A stretch of DNA of 64,000 nt from an uncultured Pseudomonadota bacterium (lineage in GTDB: Bacteria; Pseudomonadota; Alphaproteobacteria; Rs-D84): NCBI GenBank assembly GCA_902795435.1, contig CADBLE010000006.1:45611-109610 (forward strand). Reading direction: 5' to 3'. This document shows, in pieces, positions 44,040 through 55,200 of this stretch. The translations under genes were made by a program, and so were the position numbers. The notes beneath the pieces were generated by a model, which was not told the DNA's origin, made no database searches, and was given only the letters and a program-made list of their open reading frames with translations. The stretch's first letter is position 1; each line of letters starts with the position of its first letter.

Positions 44040-45903
44040 AATTATCCTTCGTTTTCCGAACTTTTATCTGTCCCATCAAAAATTGCATTTTCTTTCTAGC
44101 CCTTTCGGTGTGTTTTACAAATAAATTATCCCCACTGAATAATTCTGTCAATATTTCTTTATCTTGTTGGGAAGAACCTGTTTGTGCGAATGTTTTTAAT
44201 ATTTTACGAAATTTGCTTGTTGCGTTTTTAGATATATCATACATTATATCAAATAATTCTTGTTTATCTTCATCTCTGACAGATATATATAAATTTATTA
44301 TTTTTTCAGCCGAAGAATCATCATTAAATTTTGTTATATTTTCCATATATTTTAATAAAATTTTTTTACGAATATCAAAATTTAAATTTTCATAATTTTT
44401 TAGATTTATTTTTCCTTCTGTATATCTTTCAATACATTTGTTCAATAAATCATTTAAATTTTCTGAAAATTTAGTTATGTAAAACTCTCTTATTTCCAGA
44501 GTTTCTTTGTTTCTGTTTATTAGCCAAGACATATCCAGATGTTCAAAATGATGATTTTTAAGGTAATCTGTATCAGAAATTTCAGATTGAATATTTTTCA
44601 ATTTATGTTCTATATCTTCTAATTTTTGTTTATATTCTGATACAGTTTTTTGATATTTTTGTATTTGTTGTTCAGAATCAAAATATTCAGAAAATTGTAC
44701 TGTATGTGTAAAGCCCGGACCTTCTGATAAATGCATTTTACCTAATTCATCAAATAACAAATCTAATTGTTTTTCTATTTCTTTAATTTTCTGATTTTGT
44801 AATTCAATTTTTTGTTGTTCTGCATTTCGTTGTTGAACCCGAGAATCTATATTAGATTGGACTGTTTCTAAATTTCCATCTTTCACAGGCATATAAGTTT
44901 TATTTTTTCCTTTTTCAGCAAGCCATGCATTAAATCTTTCATTTTTAGAATAACTTAAATATTCAGTGTTTGGTCTGGTGTATTCTTTTAACAACTGAAA
45001 TTCAGGTGAATTTTCATCTATTTTATACAAATAAAAATCGTTTGGATTATCCATAAAAGACCAAACAATATATGTTCCTTTGGTTTTGTTATCAAAACGA
45101 TTTACCATTGTTTCGTTGTGTGTTGACGGATTAGATTGAGTTTTATGTAATTCTATTCCTGCGTTATCGAAAAATATTGAATTTGGTGTTTGTTCGTATT
45201 CATAAACAAAACCAAATCTTATTTTTGACACCGGCAATTTATTTTCATGGCCGCTATAATCTTTTGCACCAAAAATTCCAGAAAATGTAATTCCATAACC
45301 AACGTCTGTCGTGGCATATCTTAAAAAACGAGTATTATAACCACTTACAACGGAATAAGCATCTGGTATGGTTGAACCACATAAAAGTGTTCCGTATGGA
45401 AAAACTTTTCTCAAATCTTCTTGATAACGTGAAGATTTTCTATCTATATTTATAACATCTGGTGATTTTTGTAATTTTGATAAAACATCGGCAATATCTT
45501 TTTCTTTTGGTCCATTTTGTGTTTGTCCTCTGTTATAACCAACCAATCTATTTAAATCAAGTATATGTGGATAAAAAATTTCTGTATCATCTGTGCCATA
45601 TTGTTCCCTGCGGGCAAGTTCGTATTCTTGCAGTCCCTGTTTTAACACATTCCAAAAAGTTTTTCTGTCTGCTGGTTGCAATGCCGGTGTAATAATTGAA
45701 TATGTTTTTATATCAGGGTGATTATCTATTCTTTCGTCTATTAAAATTTTATCTGTTTCCTTGCCATCAGTTGTTGTCTGGAAACCAAGACTTTCAAGGA
45801 AATCACGCAAAGCATAAATATTTTGTGTTTTTATTGGTATTTCTATTGCCACTGGTTCATTTACATTATGACCCAAGAAAAAATTATCATATCTATCAAG
45901 CAT
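43975..45903 (-). CDS. Hypothetical protein (642 aa) with C-terminal coiled-coil half
   Basis: Long uninterrupted ORF. The 3-prime end overlaps the convergent exonuclease gene by 65 nt. No motif assigned. Confidence 0.6.
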   Translation of the reverse strand: MLDRYDNFFLGHNVNEPVAIEIPIKTQNIYALRDFLESLGFQTTTDGKETDKILIDERIDNHPDIKTYSIITPALQPADRKTFWNVLKQGLQEYELARREQYGTDDTEIFYPHILDLNRLVGYNRGQTQNGPKEKDIADVLSKLQKSPDVINIDRKSSRYQEDLRKVFPYGTLLCGSTIPDAYSVVSGYNTRFLRYATTDVGYGITFSGIFGAKDYSGHENKLPVSKIRFGFVYEYEQTPNSIFFDNAGIELHKTQSNPSTHNETMVNRFDNKTKGTYIVWSFMDNPNDFYLYKIDENSPEFQLLKEYTRPNTEYLSYSKNERFNAWLAEKGKNKTYMPVKDGNLETVQSNIDSRVQQRNAEQQKIELQNQKIKEIEKQLDLLFDELGKMHLSEGPGFTHTVQFSEYFDSEQQIQKYQKTVSEYKQKLEDIEHKLKNIQSEISDTDYLKNHHFEHLDMSWLINRNKETLEIREFYITKFSENLNDLLNKCIERYTEGKINLKNYENLNFDIRKKILLKYMENITKFNDDSSAEKIINLYISVRDEDKQELFDIMYDISKNATSKFRKILKTFAQTGSSQQDKEILTELFSGDNLFVKHTERARKKMQFLMGQIKVRKTKDNFISYFSIMILCLCGNILFPLK

Positions 45904-45954
45904 AATAATACACCTATATTTAATATAGGTATTATATCATAAATAGTGTATATA

Positions 45955-46524
45955 TTAAATAGTTTTTGGGTTATATAAACCCTTTTTATATAATGCCTGA
46001 CGCAAACTTCTGTAATATTCAACACGACTGCGTAAATAATGATTATACAATGTTGAATTATTACTTATCATAACGATATTTACACCTTTGTCTAAACAGC
46101 CCTGAACAACGTATGGTGAATCATCAAAATGATATGTAGGTTTGATTTCTAATAATATATCTGATTTTTTACCTTCTTGATCAAAAACCTGACTGAAATC
46201 ACAATCTATTCCAGCCTTTTTCAATTGCATAAATGTTTTTTCAGGTTGTTTTAATCTGCGTTCTGTGACGAATAAAACCTCAACATCTGGTTGTTTCATC
46301 AAATTATTTAACATATAAGGCATTTTTTTATCCAACACAGGCATTTCATATAAAATATCATCAGACCATAATTGTTTAAGATTGTTGCAAACCGTTGGAC
46401 TATATATAGAATCTACATCCCAAGATGTTTGTTGCACATATTTTTCACCAGCCATTGCAAATGCCTTGCGACAAAGTGGTCGCAAATCAAAAATCACTGA
46501 ATCTAAATCAAATGTCAATCTCAT
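45955..46524 (-). CDS. HAD-superfamily 5-prime(3-prime)-deoxyribonucleotidase-like protein
   Basis: An internal Met gives MRLTFDLDSVIFDL (DxDxV nucleophile motif at the N-terminus, as in NT5C-type HAD phosphatases). Confidence 0.55.
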   Translation of the reverse strand: MRLTFDLDSVIFDLRPLCRKAFAMAGEKYVQQTSWDVDSIYSPTVCNNLKQLWSDDILYEMPVLDKKMPYMLNNLMKQPDVEVLFVTERRLKQPEKTFMQLKKAGIDCDFSQVFDQEGKKSDILLEIKPTYHFDDSPYVVQGCLDKGVNIVMISNNSTLYNHYLRSRVEYYRSLRQALYKKGLYNPKTI

Positions 46525-46564
46525 AGCGGGGCTATTATAACAAAAAACACTGAAAATCAAATAT

Positions 46565-47488
46565 TTATTTAATCAGATATATTACATACATAACATACAG
46601 CAAAACAAACAGAAATCCGCCAATTTTTCCCAATCTGAAATTTCTGTATGTGAATATCCACAATAATACCGCAGCGACAATCCCAATGGCAGAATCAACC
46701 AAAAACGCTGATTCAAATGCAATCGGACGGATAAGACCAGTTATTCCCAACACAAACAAAATGTTAAATATATTAGAACCGATAATATTTCCGATTGCTA
46801 AATCTGGTTTCTTTTTTATGGCCGCCACTATACAAGTTACTAATTCAGGCAAACTGGTTCCAAATGCAATTATAGTCAAACCGATAACACGTTCTGATAT
46901 GTGTAAAATGTTTGCAATATTTACTGCTGATTTTACAGTCAATTCACTGCCCAATACCAATGCAGCAATACCAAATATTATGAATAAAATCATTTTCCAT
47001 ACCGACATAGGTTTTGTGGTATCTGGTGTTTCAATAGAATCTGTTGAAACCTTAAACAAATAAAACAAAAACAAACAAAACAACAAACATAAAATAAACG
47101 CACAACCAAAATTTATTTGACCAAACAAAGCCCCCATACCCATCAATAATACGGATATAAAACATACAAACGGAATTTCAAATCTGACCGTATTTTTTTG
47201 GACCGGCAACGCAGAAATCATTGCGGTTATACCCAATATGAACAATATGTTTGCAATATTAGACCCCAACACATTTCCAACACCAACACCATTTGCCCCC
47301 TGAATCACAGATGATATTGAAACGGCTGCCTCTGGCGCGCTGGTTCCCATGGCAACGATTGTTAAACCGATTATAATTTCTGAAATATGAAATTTTTTTG
47401 CCATATAAGATGCGCCATCAACAAAAATGTCTGCACCACGCATCATTAAAAACATACCCGCCAATAAAATCAAAATATTTATAAACAT
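46565..47488 (-). CDS. Ca2+/cation antiporter (CaCA / YrbG family)
   Basis: Two alpha-repeat signatures, GTSAPE and GTSLPE, in a polytopic protein with about 10 TM helices. Confidence 0.85.
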   Translation of the reverse strand: MFINILILLAGMFLMMRGADIFVDGASYMAKKFHISEIIIGLTIVAMGTSAPEAAVSISSVIQGANGVGVGNVLGSNIANILFILGITAMISALPVQKNTVRFEIPFVCFISVLLMGMGALFGQINFGCAFILCLLFCLFLFYLFKVSTDSIETPDTTKPMSVWKMILFIIFGIAALVLGSELTVKSAVNIANILHISERVIGLTIIAFGTSLPELVTCIVAAIKKKPDLAIGNIIGSNIFNILFVLGITGLIRPIAFESAFLVDSAIGIVAAVLLWIFTYRNFRLGKIGGFLFVLLYVMYVIYLIK

Positions 47489-47497
47489 TTTTTTACC

Positions 47498-49255
47498 CTA
47501 TGCTAAAAAACCAGATGTTTGCATATCCCACAATTTTTTATATTCACCGTTTTTACGCAACAATTGTTTGTGAGAGCCAGATTCAACAATTTTTCCGTTT
47601 TTGATAATAACAATTCTGTCCATGTTACGCAATGTTGATAATCTGTGTGCAATAACCAAAGTTGTTTTTCCACGCATAGCAGTTTTCAATGATTTTTGTA
47701 TTGCGATTTCGTTTTCAGAATCCAGTGCAGAAGTTGCTTCGTCTAATATCAATATTGGTGAATTTTTCAATAATGCACGTGCGATAGAAACGCGTTGTCT
47801 TTGCCCGCCAGACAATTTGATTCCATTATTACCAACCAATGTATCATAACCATTTGGCAAAGATTTTATAAAATCGTGAATATTTGCTTTCTTGGCCGCG
47901 GATACGACTTCGGCACGGGTTGCGTGTGGTTTTGCATATTTTATATTTTCATATATTGAACGGTTAAACATACCTGTTTCTTGTGGAACAAAAGAAATCT
48001 GTTTCAACAAAGATTCTTGTTTAATATCACGAATATCATGTCCATCTATACTGATAGAACCATTATTCACATCATACATGCGCAAAATTAAATTACATAA
48101 TGTGGTTTTACCCGCCCCAGACAAACCAACAATTCCGACCTTTTCTTTACCAGATATAGACAGATTAAAATTCTTGAATACTTGGTTTTTACCATAACCA
48201 AAATCAACATTGTTAAAATCTATTTCTGCATTTTTTACAACTAATTTTTTTGCATTTGGTTTATCTGTTATATTTATTGGTTGAATCAGTTTTTCGTATG
48301 CTTTTTTTGCAGATGCTAAATCTTTAGAATAATTTTGTAATTCTTTGTTTAATTGTGCAAACGCATTATTTATTGTTGCCGAAGAAGTCATCACAAACAC
48401 AGCATCTGCCAAAGACAGAGAACCATTTTTTATTAAATAAAAGCATAAAACCAGCATAAACATACGAACACCAACCCACAAAAGGTTTGTTGGCAACCAT
48501 CTTAATCTGCTTAAAAAATATCCGCGTTTGGACAAAGCAATCAATTTATTTCTGCCATTATAGATGTATTTGTTTTCAAATTCAGTATTTGCAAAATATT
48601 TTACGATAAAGGCGTTATTTACACTGTCACTTAATATACCGTCATAAATCGCGCTTTCTTCCATTGATTTTGCAGAATTTTCTTTAATCTTTTGTTGAAT
48701 TGCCCATTCCCAAACCAATTTTATTATTCCATAAGATAATAAAATCACAACGAACCAAATATTCATTTTCCACAGAGAACCAACAATCAACAAAAACCCA
48801 GAAAAAACACCAACGAATTTCGCCCAAAATCCGTCCATTAAATTGTGTATTTTACCATTTACAGCGGCAGATTGACTGATTATTTGACCACTTGGTTTAT
48901 CCAAGAAAAAAGCCATATCGTTTTCATAAATTCTTTTATACAAAACATATAATTTATATCTGTTGAAAATCTGTTCCCGTTTTCCACGAATAACATTTTC
49001 TATCAAATTTAATACAATGCCATAAGAATACATCAACAACAACAAAAGAACCAAAACACCGACATCACGAAATTGCAGGTTTATTGCATTCTCAAAAATT
49101 TCAACCAACCATTTGGAAGACAGTGGTTGAAACAACATATTTAACATATACCCAAAAACACCACATAAAAAAACTATACCGACAGAAAACGGAAATTTTT
49201 TTATAACCAACCAATAAAAACCACGAACAGTTTTTGGAAAATCAGATTGAGACAT
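47498..49255 (-). CDS. ABC transporter, fused permease/ATPase (MsbA-like exporter)
   Basis: N-terminal 6-TM domain. GLSGAGKTT (Walker A), LSGGQRQR (signature), ILILDEATSALD (Walker B). Confidence 0.9.
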   Translation of the reverse strand: MSQSDFPKTVRGFYWLVIKKFPFSVGIVFLCGVFGYMLNMLFQPLSSKWLVEIFENAINLQFRDVGVLVLLLLLMYSYGIVLNLIENVIRGKREQIFNRYKLYVLYKRIYENDMAFFLDKPSGQIISQSAAVNGKIHNLMDGFWAKFVGVFSGFLLIVGSLWKMNIWFVVILLSYGIIKLVWEWAIQQKIKENSAKSMEESAIYDGILSDSVNNAFIVKYFANTEFENKYIYNGRNKLIALSKRGYFLSRLRWLPTNLLWVGVRMFMLVLCFYLIKNGSLSLADAVFVMTSSATINNAFAQLNKELQNYSKDLASAKKAYEKLIQPINITDKPNAKKLVVKNAEIDFNNVDFGYGKNQVFKNFNLSISGKEKVGIVGLSGAGKTTLCNLILRMYDVNNGSISIDGHDIRDIKQESLLKQISFVPQETGMFNRSIYENIKYAKPHATRAEVVSAAKKANIHDFIKSLPNGYDTLVGNNGIKLSGGQRQRVSIARALLKNSPILILDEATSALDSENEIAIQKSLKTAMRGKTTLVIAHRLSTLRNMDRIVIIKNGKIVESGSHKQLLRKNGEYKKLWDMQTSGFLA

Positions 49256-49317
49256 AAAAACCCCCGTACATATATACAGGGGTTATTATAACACAAAACA
49301 TTTTGTAAAAACAATTA

Positions 49318-51180
49318 TTATCTGATAATGCCACTGATTTGTTTTGCAAAAGACACTACATTTGATGGGTGTTTGTAAAAGTAATCAAACACTTTTTCCA
49401 TTTCAGGAATTTGTCCTTGCTTATACAATGAAACCAACGGCATAATATCTATATGAAATTGTTGCTGTATAAATTCTGCATCGCGTTCCAACATTTGTGC
49501 TTCACCCTGCAAGATTTTTTCACATCTTTGTATCAAACGAATATCTCTGTGTGCGTCATCTTTGACTTTTTCCGCGTTGTATGTGCGAGTGTTTTTTATA
49601 AACAATTTAATAATGTTTAACATTGTTTCTTGTTTAGTCACTATCGCAGGAACACTTTTTTTGCGAGAATTAGCCAAATAATCTGGACGGAACAATTCTT
49701 GAAAATCGTCCGGATTTAAATACGGATTAGATGCATTTATATTTGGATTCAATATCCTAATATCTGGCAAAACGGTTCTGTTTGCACCATTTACATAGAA
49801 AGGTTCTTTGTAATCTGGCGAAATAGAATGTCGTACAACCTTTCGTTCTTTTTTAACAGATGTTTTTTCAAGAACTTTTTCTGTTGCTTTTTCTTCAACA
49901 AAAGGTATTTCCAATTCTTTGATTGGTGTGTTTTGTGGTGCATTTTCTTGTTTTTTCTTTTTTTGTGCATCACGTTGTTTAACATACCTTTTTGCATAAT
50001 CAGAAAATACAGCTGTATAATTTGGGTTCAAGAAAGGATAAGGATATTCTTTTCCGTTTCTTGTTTCGTATCTGACCAAATCTGCATAGACTGGTTTTTG
50101 TGCCATATCTTCAAGAATTTCTGCGATTGTATCAGAAGATAAATTTACCAATCTGGTCAAACTTCCCACAGAAAGCCATGGATTTTTTCTGCGTAAATAC
50201 AGTTCCCATAATTCAGGATATTCATCTTCAAAAAATGCTTCGAATTCTGTTGCCTGCAAATAAATATTTTTTTTCATATCTTTTTGCAATTCGGACATTC
50301 CACAATGTTCAAATGCAGAACTTGCCAATAATTTATCGCGCACTTCCTGAACAGAAAATCTGTTTGCAAATACCGACATAGTCCCCATCTTTTTGTAAAT
50401 GTCGGCAATAGACAAATAATCTTTGTGAATTCTGTCTAATAATCTGCTTGCAAGATTGCTGATATATTCCATGACATACGACAATGTACCCGCAGATTCA
50501 ATCACAACAACATCTTGTTGGAGATATATTTCTTTACCAGAAAACAAAGAATCTTGTGAAGTAATCGCTTTAAAATGTTTTTTTATACCTGCATCATAGA
50601 CTGTTTCTGGGTCTAATTTGCATTTTTGTTGCATTACTTCTTTCAGATAATCAACCGAAACCCTGGCAACAGTTTTGTGTGTTGTTTTATCTTGTTCAAA
50701 AAAGATTTTAGGTTTTTGCTGTGAATCTAACAGAATTTCACTTTGTGCACTTGAATCTCTTTTTAAATATTTAGAAACAACGAAACCTGGCAATAACTCA
50801 GCCTTGATAAACTGCTCGTGATAATCATGCCCCATTTTTGTTGTGGCCATACTAACAACATTGTATTTATCGCCAGTTTTTACAATTCTGTCAATCAAAT
50901 CGGTGTAATAATAGGCATTTGGTCCCAAAACATCTTTTATTATTTCATGGGCCTTGCCTACTTCAATATAAGTTTTATCAAATTCACGACGTAAACCTGC
51001 TATGATAGAATCAAAATTTCCATTGATTTCTATGGCATAATCGCCGTAATACAAACAATAAGGTTTACGACTTTTTAAGCCCTGTAATATGAAATTATGT
51101 ATTTCCTCTATCTCGAAAGCATTGGTATTTGCACCGAATAATGCCCTGCAGATATCGAAATATGTATATTTTTTGGCCAT
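49318..51180 (-). CDS. Hypothetical protein (620 aa)
   Basis: Long ORF with no motif assigned. Contains a K/E-rich central linker. Confidence 0.6.
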   Translation of the reverse strand: MAKKYTYFDICRALFGANTNAFEIEEIHNFILQGLKSRKPYCLYYGDYAIEINGNFDSIIAGLRREFDKTYIEVGKAHEIIKDVLGPNAYYYTDLIDRIVKTGDKYNVVSMATTKMGHDYHEQFIKAELLPGFVVSKYLKRDSSAQSEILLDSQQKPKIFFEQDKTTHKTVARVSVDYLKEVMQQKCKLDPETVYDAGIKKHFKAITSQDSLFSGKEIYLQQDVVVIESAGTLSYVMEYISNLASRLLDRIHKDYLSIADIYKKMGTMSVFANRFSVQEVRDKLLASSAFEHCGMSELQKDMKKNIYLQATEFEAFFEDEYPELWELYLRRKNPWLSVGSLTRLVNLSSDTIAEILEDMAQKPVYADLVRYETRNGKEYPYPFLNPNYTAVFSDYAKRYVKQRDAQKKKKQENAPQNTPIKELEIPFVEEKATEKVLEKTSVKKERKVVRHSISPDYKEPFYVNGANRTVLPDIRILNPNINASNPYLNPDDFQELFRPDYLANSRKKSVPAIVTKQETMLNIIKLFIKNTRTYNAEKVKDDAHRDIRLIQRCEKILQGEAQMLERDAEFIQQQFHIDIMPLVSLYKQGQIPEMEKVFDYFYKHPSNVVSFAKQISGIIR

Positions 51181-51251
51181 AATGCCCCCTTTTATTACAG
51201 GACTATTTTAGTATCTTTTTTTATGATTGCAAGAAAAAAATTGACAAATTT

Positions 51252-51830
51252 TTATTTTGTGTTTATTTTGCTAAATTTATAAAACATAGGAAACAATCCC
51301 GCATTTTCTTGTGGTAAAACACCATTTGGATATTTGATACGTTCCACATTCCATCTGAATGGATTGAAAAATTCACCTGTGTTTATTGGGAAATACGTAA
51401 AAGTATTTCTGTCATTTAACACTTGTTGCACCAATTTTTCATCATATATCTTGGTCAAATACATAACATCTATCAAATTGTGTTCCAGCGCATATTTATA
51501 AATAACAGCCCCACCACAAATAAAAATTTTATCTTGGTCAGTATTGTTTTTTGCAAAATCTATGGCGTTTTCAAGGGTTGACGCATAAAAAACACCATCT
51601 TTTGTTTCATTTTTATATTGGCTTGAACAAACTATATTCAACCTTTTTGGCAAAGGTTTCTTTGGCATATTATCGTATGTATTACGTCCAAATATACATG
51701 GATACGGTATTGTAATTGCCTTGAAATGATAGAAATCTTGTTTGCTGTGCCATGGCATAGAACCATTTAACCCTATGACATCATAAGGTCCCACCGCAAC
51801 AGATGCACAAATAGATAAATCTTTGTTCAT
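51252..51830 (-). CDS. folA: Dihydrofolate reductase
   Basis: VIGLNGSMPWH, IFGRNTYDNMP, KRLNIVCS, IFICGGAVIYKYAL. Start uncertain: ATG at 51830 or 51839, or TTG at 51866. Confidence 0.8.
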   Translation of the reverse strand: MNKDLSICASVAVGPYDVIGLNGSMPWHSKQDFYHFKAITIPYPCIFGRNTYDNMPKKPLPKRLNIVCSSQYKNETKDGVFYASTLENAIDFAKNNTDQDKIFICGGAVIYKYALEHNLIDVMYLTKIYDEKLVQQVLNDRNTFTYFPINTGEFFNPFRWNVERIKYPNGVLPQENAGLFPMFYKFSKINTK

Positions 51831-51949
51831 GCTATACATATTTGTATAAAAAATATATTTTGTCAATGTTTTTCTTGATTTCTGTTGTTTATTATGCTAA
51901 TCTCATATTCCCTTGCCCACTTGAGAAAAAAGTTAAAAGAGGTATAAAA

Positions 51950-52159
51950 ATGAGTATTTATATTGAAAAATTTGAACAAATAGACAATGTCAAAGCACCT
52001 GTTATGCCAATGAAGAAAGGTTTATTGGTTTGCTATGTTCCATATTCTATCAACGGTGTTTGGTCCAGACATTATTGTCATGATATTTTACAGGCATCTG
52101 AATTCTTTGCCGCAGTAAGAAAAAATATTGCAAAAAGAACAAATCAAAAATCACTTTAA
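51950..52159 (+). CDS. Small hypothetical protein (69 aa)
   Basis: The ATG at 51950 is preceded by AAAAGAGGT. The longer track ORF (51842) has no SD. Confidence 0.4.
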   Translation: MSIYIEKFEQIDNVKAPVMPMKKGLLVCYVPYSINGVWSRHYCHDILQASEFFAAVRKNIAKRTNQKSL

Positions 52160-52292
52160 TTCTATCAAAATTATTTAATGTACGGACACTGAATTGTGCC
52201 CGTTTTTTTTATTCATAAAGACCCATATAAAAAGACACTTGACCAAATTTGCTTATTTGTTCTAAGATACCTATTAAGAAAGGGAGCGTATT

Positions 52293-55200
52293 GTGAAAAA
52301 TATCTATAATATTATATTGAAAACCATTGGTTTTTCGGCCTTTTGTTTATTGTTTAATACAAATTCGTTTGCGGCGTATTCAGATGCTGAATGTTTTGGT
52401 GGCACAGATGGTGTACCATTTCCAACAGCCAATCTCACCATTGTAGATTCTAGTAGCGAAGTTGCTTATGGTTCTACGGTATTAAATGCCGAAACTTTAC
52501 TCTATAACAACCCTAAACAAACATCTGCGGTTTTACACGAAGACGGCATTATTAAATGTACCGGCACGACCAATTGTACTTTAAAAGATTATAAATCATC
52601 TGGCATGGACGAAAATGCTTATACATCAGAATTAATACAATGGATTGATGGCATGTCTTGGTCTGTCAATTTCCAAGGAAAAGGAACGGTTAGTGGTTAT
52701 GCTTTTTGTGGTCCATCTGGTTGGTCAACAGATAAACAAATAAAAACTGGTAAGGTAGGTGGCACTTATAGTGGTTGCGGTTGTACAATAACTGATTTCT
52801 CTGACGAAAATACTACTGTTGCACAACATACATTTGTTGTTAATAAATACACACAATCATCAGGCGATTGGCAACAGAAAACTAATGACTGCCGTTCTAA
52901 ATGTCCGGCTTTGTGTGCAAACCGTATAGCAACAGATTCCGCGTTCCGTCAAATTTTATTCCAAGAATGCCCTGTATTTGAAACTGGTGGTGGTACTGGT
53001 GGTGAAGACACCCCAACCCAAATACATTGTGATGCCGGTTCTTATTTACCAGCGGGCGCAACAACATGTCAAACATGTGATGGCACAAATAATTATTGTG
53101 AAGGCGGTGATTTCTATCAAGATAACACTCAAAACCAAGGTATTGCAGAATGTCCATTTGGTTTTGAACCAAACAACTCTCATTCTGCATGTTCACCTTT
53201 GTCTATTATTTGCGAAGCTGGTGAATATTTGCCTGCTACAAAGACAATATGTGAAAAATGTAAAGACAATTATTATTGCGAAGAAGACATATTTAATTAT
53301 TCCACAACAGAAAACCAAGGATTAAAGACATGCGAATTTGGTTACGAACCAAACAGCGGACATACCGCATGCCAATTAAAATCTATACATTGTGGTAATG
53401 GTTATTATTTACCAAAGAATTCATTAACATGTACTGCATGTATCGGATTCGAATATTGCCCTGAAAACACATATAATTTCTCGGCTTCTGATGAACAAGG
53501 TAAAAACATCTGTGGTGCTGGAACGGTTCCAAATGAAAATCATTCTGCCTGTATTGAAAAAACAATCGTATGTCCTGCTGGAAAATATTTACCAAATAAC
53601 AGCCATGACGAATATGATTGCCAATGGTGTCCAGATCCTTATGAAGCCGGCGATTATTACTACTGTCCTGGCGGTGAATATGATGCAAATTATCCATCAA
53701 ATAATGGTATGAATTTATGTCCAGAATATTCATACAGCGAAGAAGAATCTTCATACTGCACATGTAATGAAGGTTACACAACCGATGGTAAAACCGCAAA
53801 TGCATCAAACAAAACAACAACTACAACTGCTTGTGTTCCAGAAGGTTCCGCTGTCTATAATGCAAGTTATTATTGCGACACAGACACAGAATCTTTAGGG
53901 TCTGCAACAATAAGCGTTGGTTCTTTGTTCACTTTGATATCAAATATTGATTTTGATAATCATGTGTTATGTGAAAAATCTGGTTATGATTTCGGTGGTT
54001 GGCGTGATGAATTTGGAAACGAATATTCCGCAGGTGATTCATTCACGTGGAATTATGAAACAGATGTCAGATTTACAGCCATTTGGAATCAAAAACCTGT
54101 TTATACCGTATCTTATTCATGCGGCAGTGACGCAACGGGTGGATATGCACCTGATTCAGACGATGTTGTTTCTGGTGACCAATACACAACACGTGCAAAC
54201 ACATGTGAAAAAACCGGAAATAATTTCTTAGGTTGGGTATATAATGATGACGATTTATACGAAGCCGGCGAAACATTCACATATAATTATAACTCTGGAA
54301 TCACACTTGTTCCATTATGGGAAGAAATAACCATAACTTGCCAACCTGGATTCTGGGCAACTGGAAACGCAACAACATGTGATTCAGAATGTTTGCAAGG
54401 ATACTATTGTGGTGGTGAAACATATAAATTTGACGGACAAACACACGGTCTGACAAAATGTGATTCAAATTTACCATCATGGGCATCAGCACATGTGTAT
54501 AGCGAATTTGGTGCTACATCCGAAAACGATTGCAGAATTTCTGTCGCGATGGGCGTTTATGCAGACGAAGACGGCCTGCACCAATGCGAAGAAATGTTCT
54601 ATTGTCCTGGGTTCAGCGGTTCTGTTGTTGAATTCAATTCTGCACTGAACAATTCTGGCTTCGTTGGTTTGGCAGATTGCAGTGATGCACCAAACTATAA
54701 AGATTGGGGTTGGACACATGGTATAACCAGCGCACAAGGTTCAACATCTGTCAATGATTGCAAAATCATTATCGCACCTGCGACATATATGGACACAGAA
54801 GGCGTATTACACCAATGCCCTGCTGACCATTTCTGTCCTGGTCATACATACGAATATATTGATGCAGATACATTCTTTGTTGATTTGGTTTCATTAGGTG
54901 CTGGTATCTATGAATGCCCTGTGAATGCAACATCTGACAGCGGTTCAACATCTTGCCATTGTGCAGATGGATATATGTTAAACACAGACACAGGTATGTG
55001 TACCGCAGAATGTGGCGCGGGATTCTATCTGCCAACAAATGCAAACGCATGTATAGAAGTTGGCGCGGGATATTATTCACCAAACGGCGATTCTGAAAGA
55101 TACAAATGCCCAGATTATTTAACAACCACTGGTTCTGGCATTGGTGCTGATGAATACAGCGATTGCGGTAGAACATTACATATTGGTAACGAAACATTGC

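Noticed and set aside
46650-48197. Plus-strand ORFs antisense to the CaCA antiporter and the ABC transporter (46650..47063, 47601..47849, 47892..48197)
   Set aside because: The minus-strand frames carry unmistakable family signatures (GTSAPE/GTSLPE, Walker A/B, LSGGQ). The antisense frames have none.
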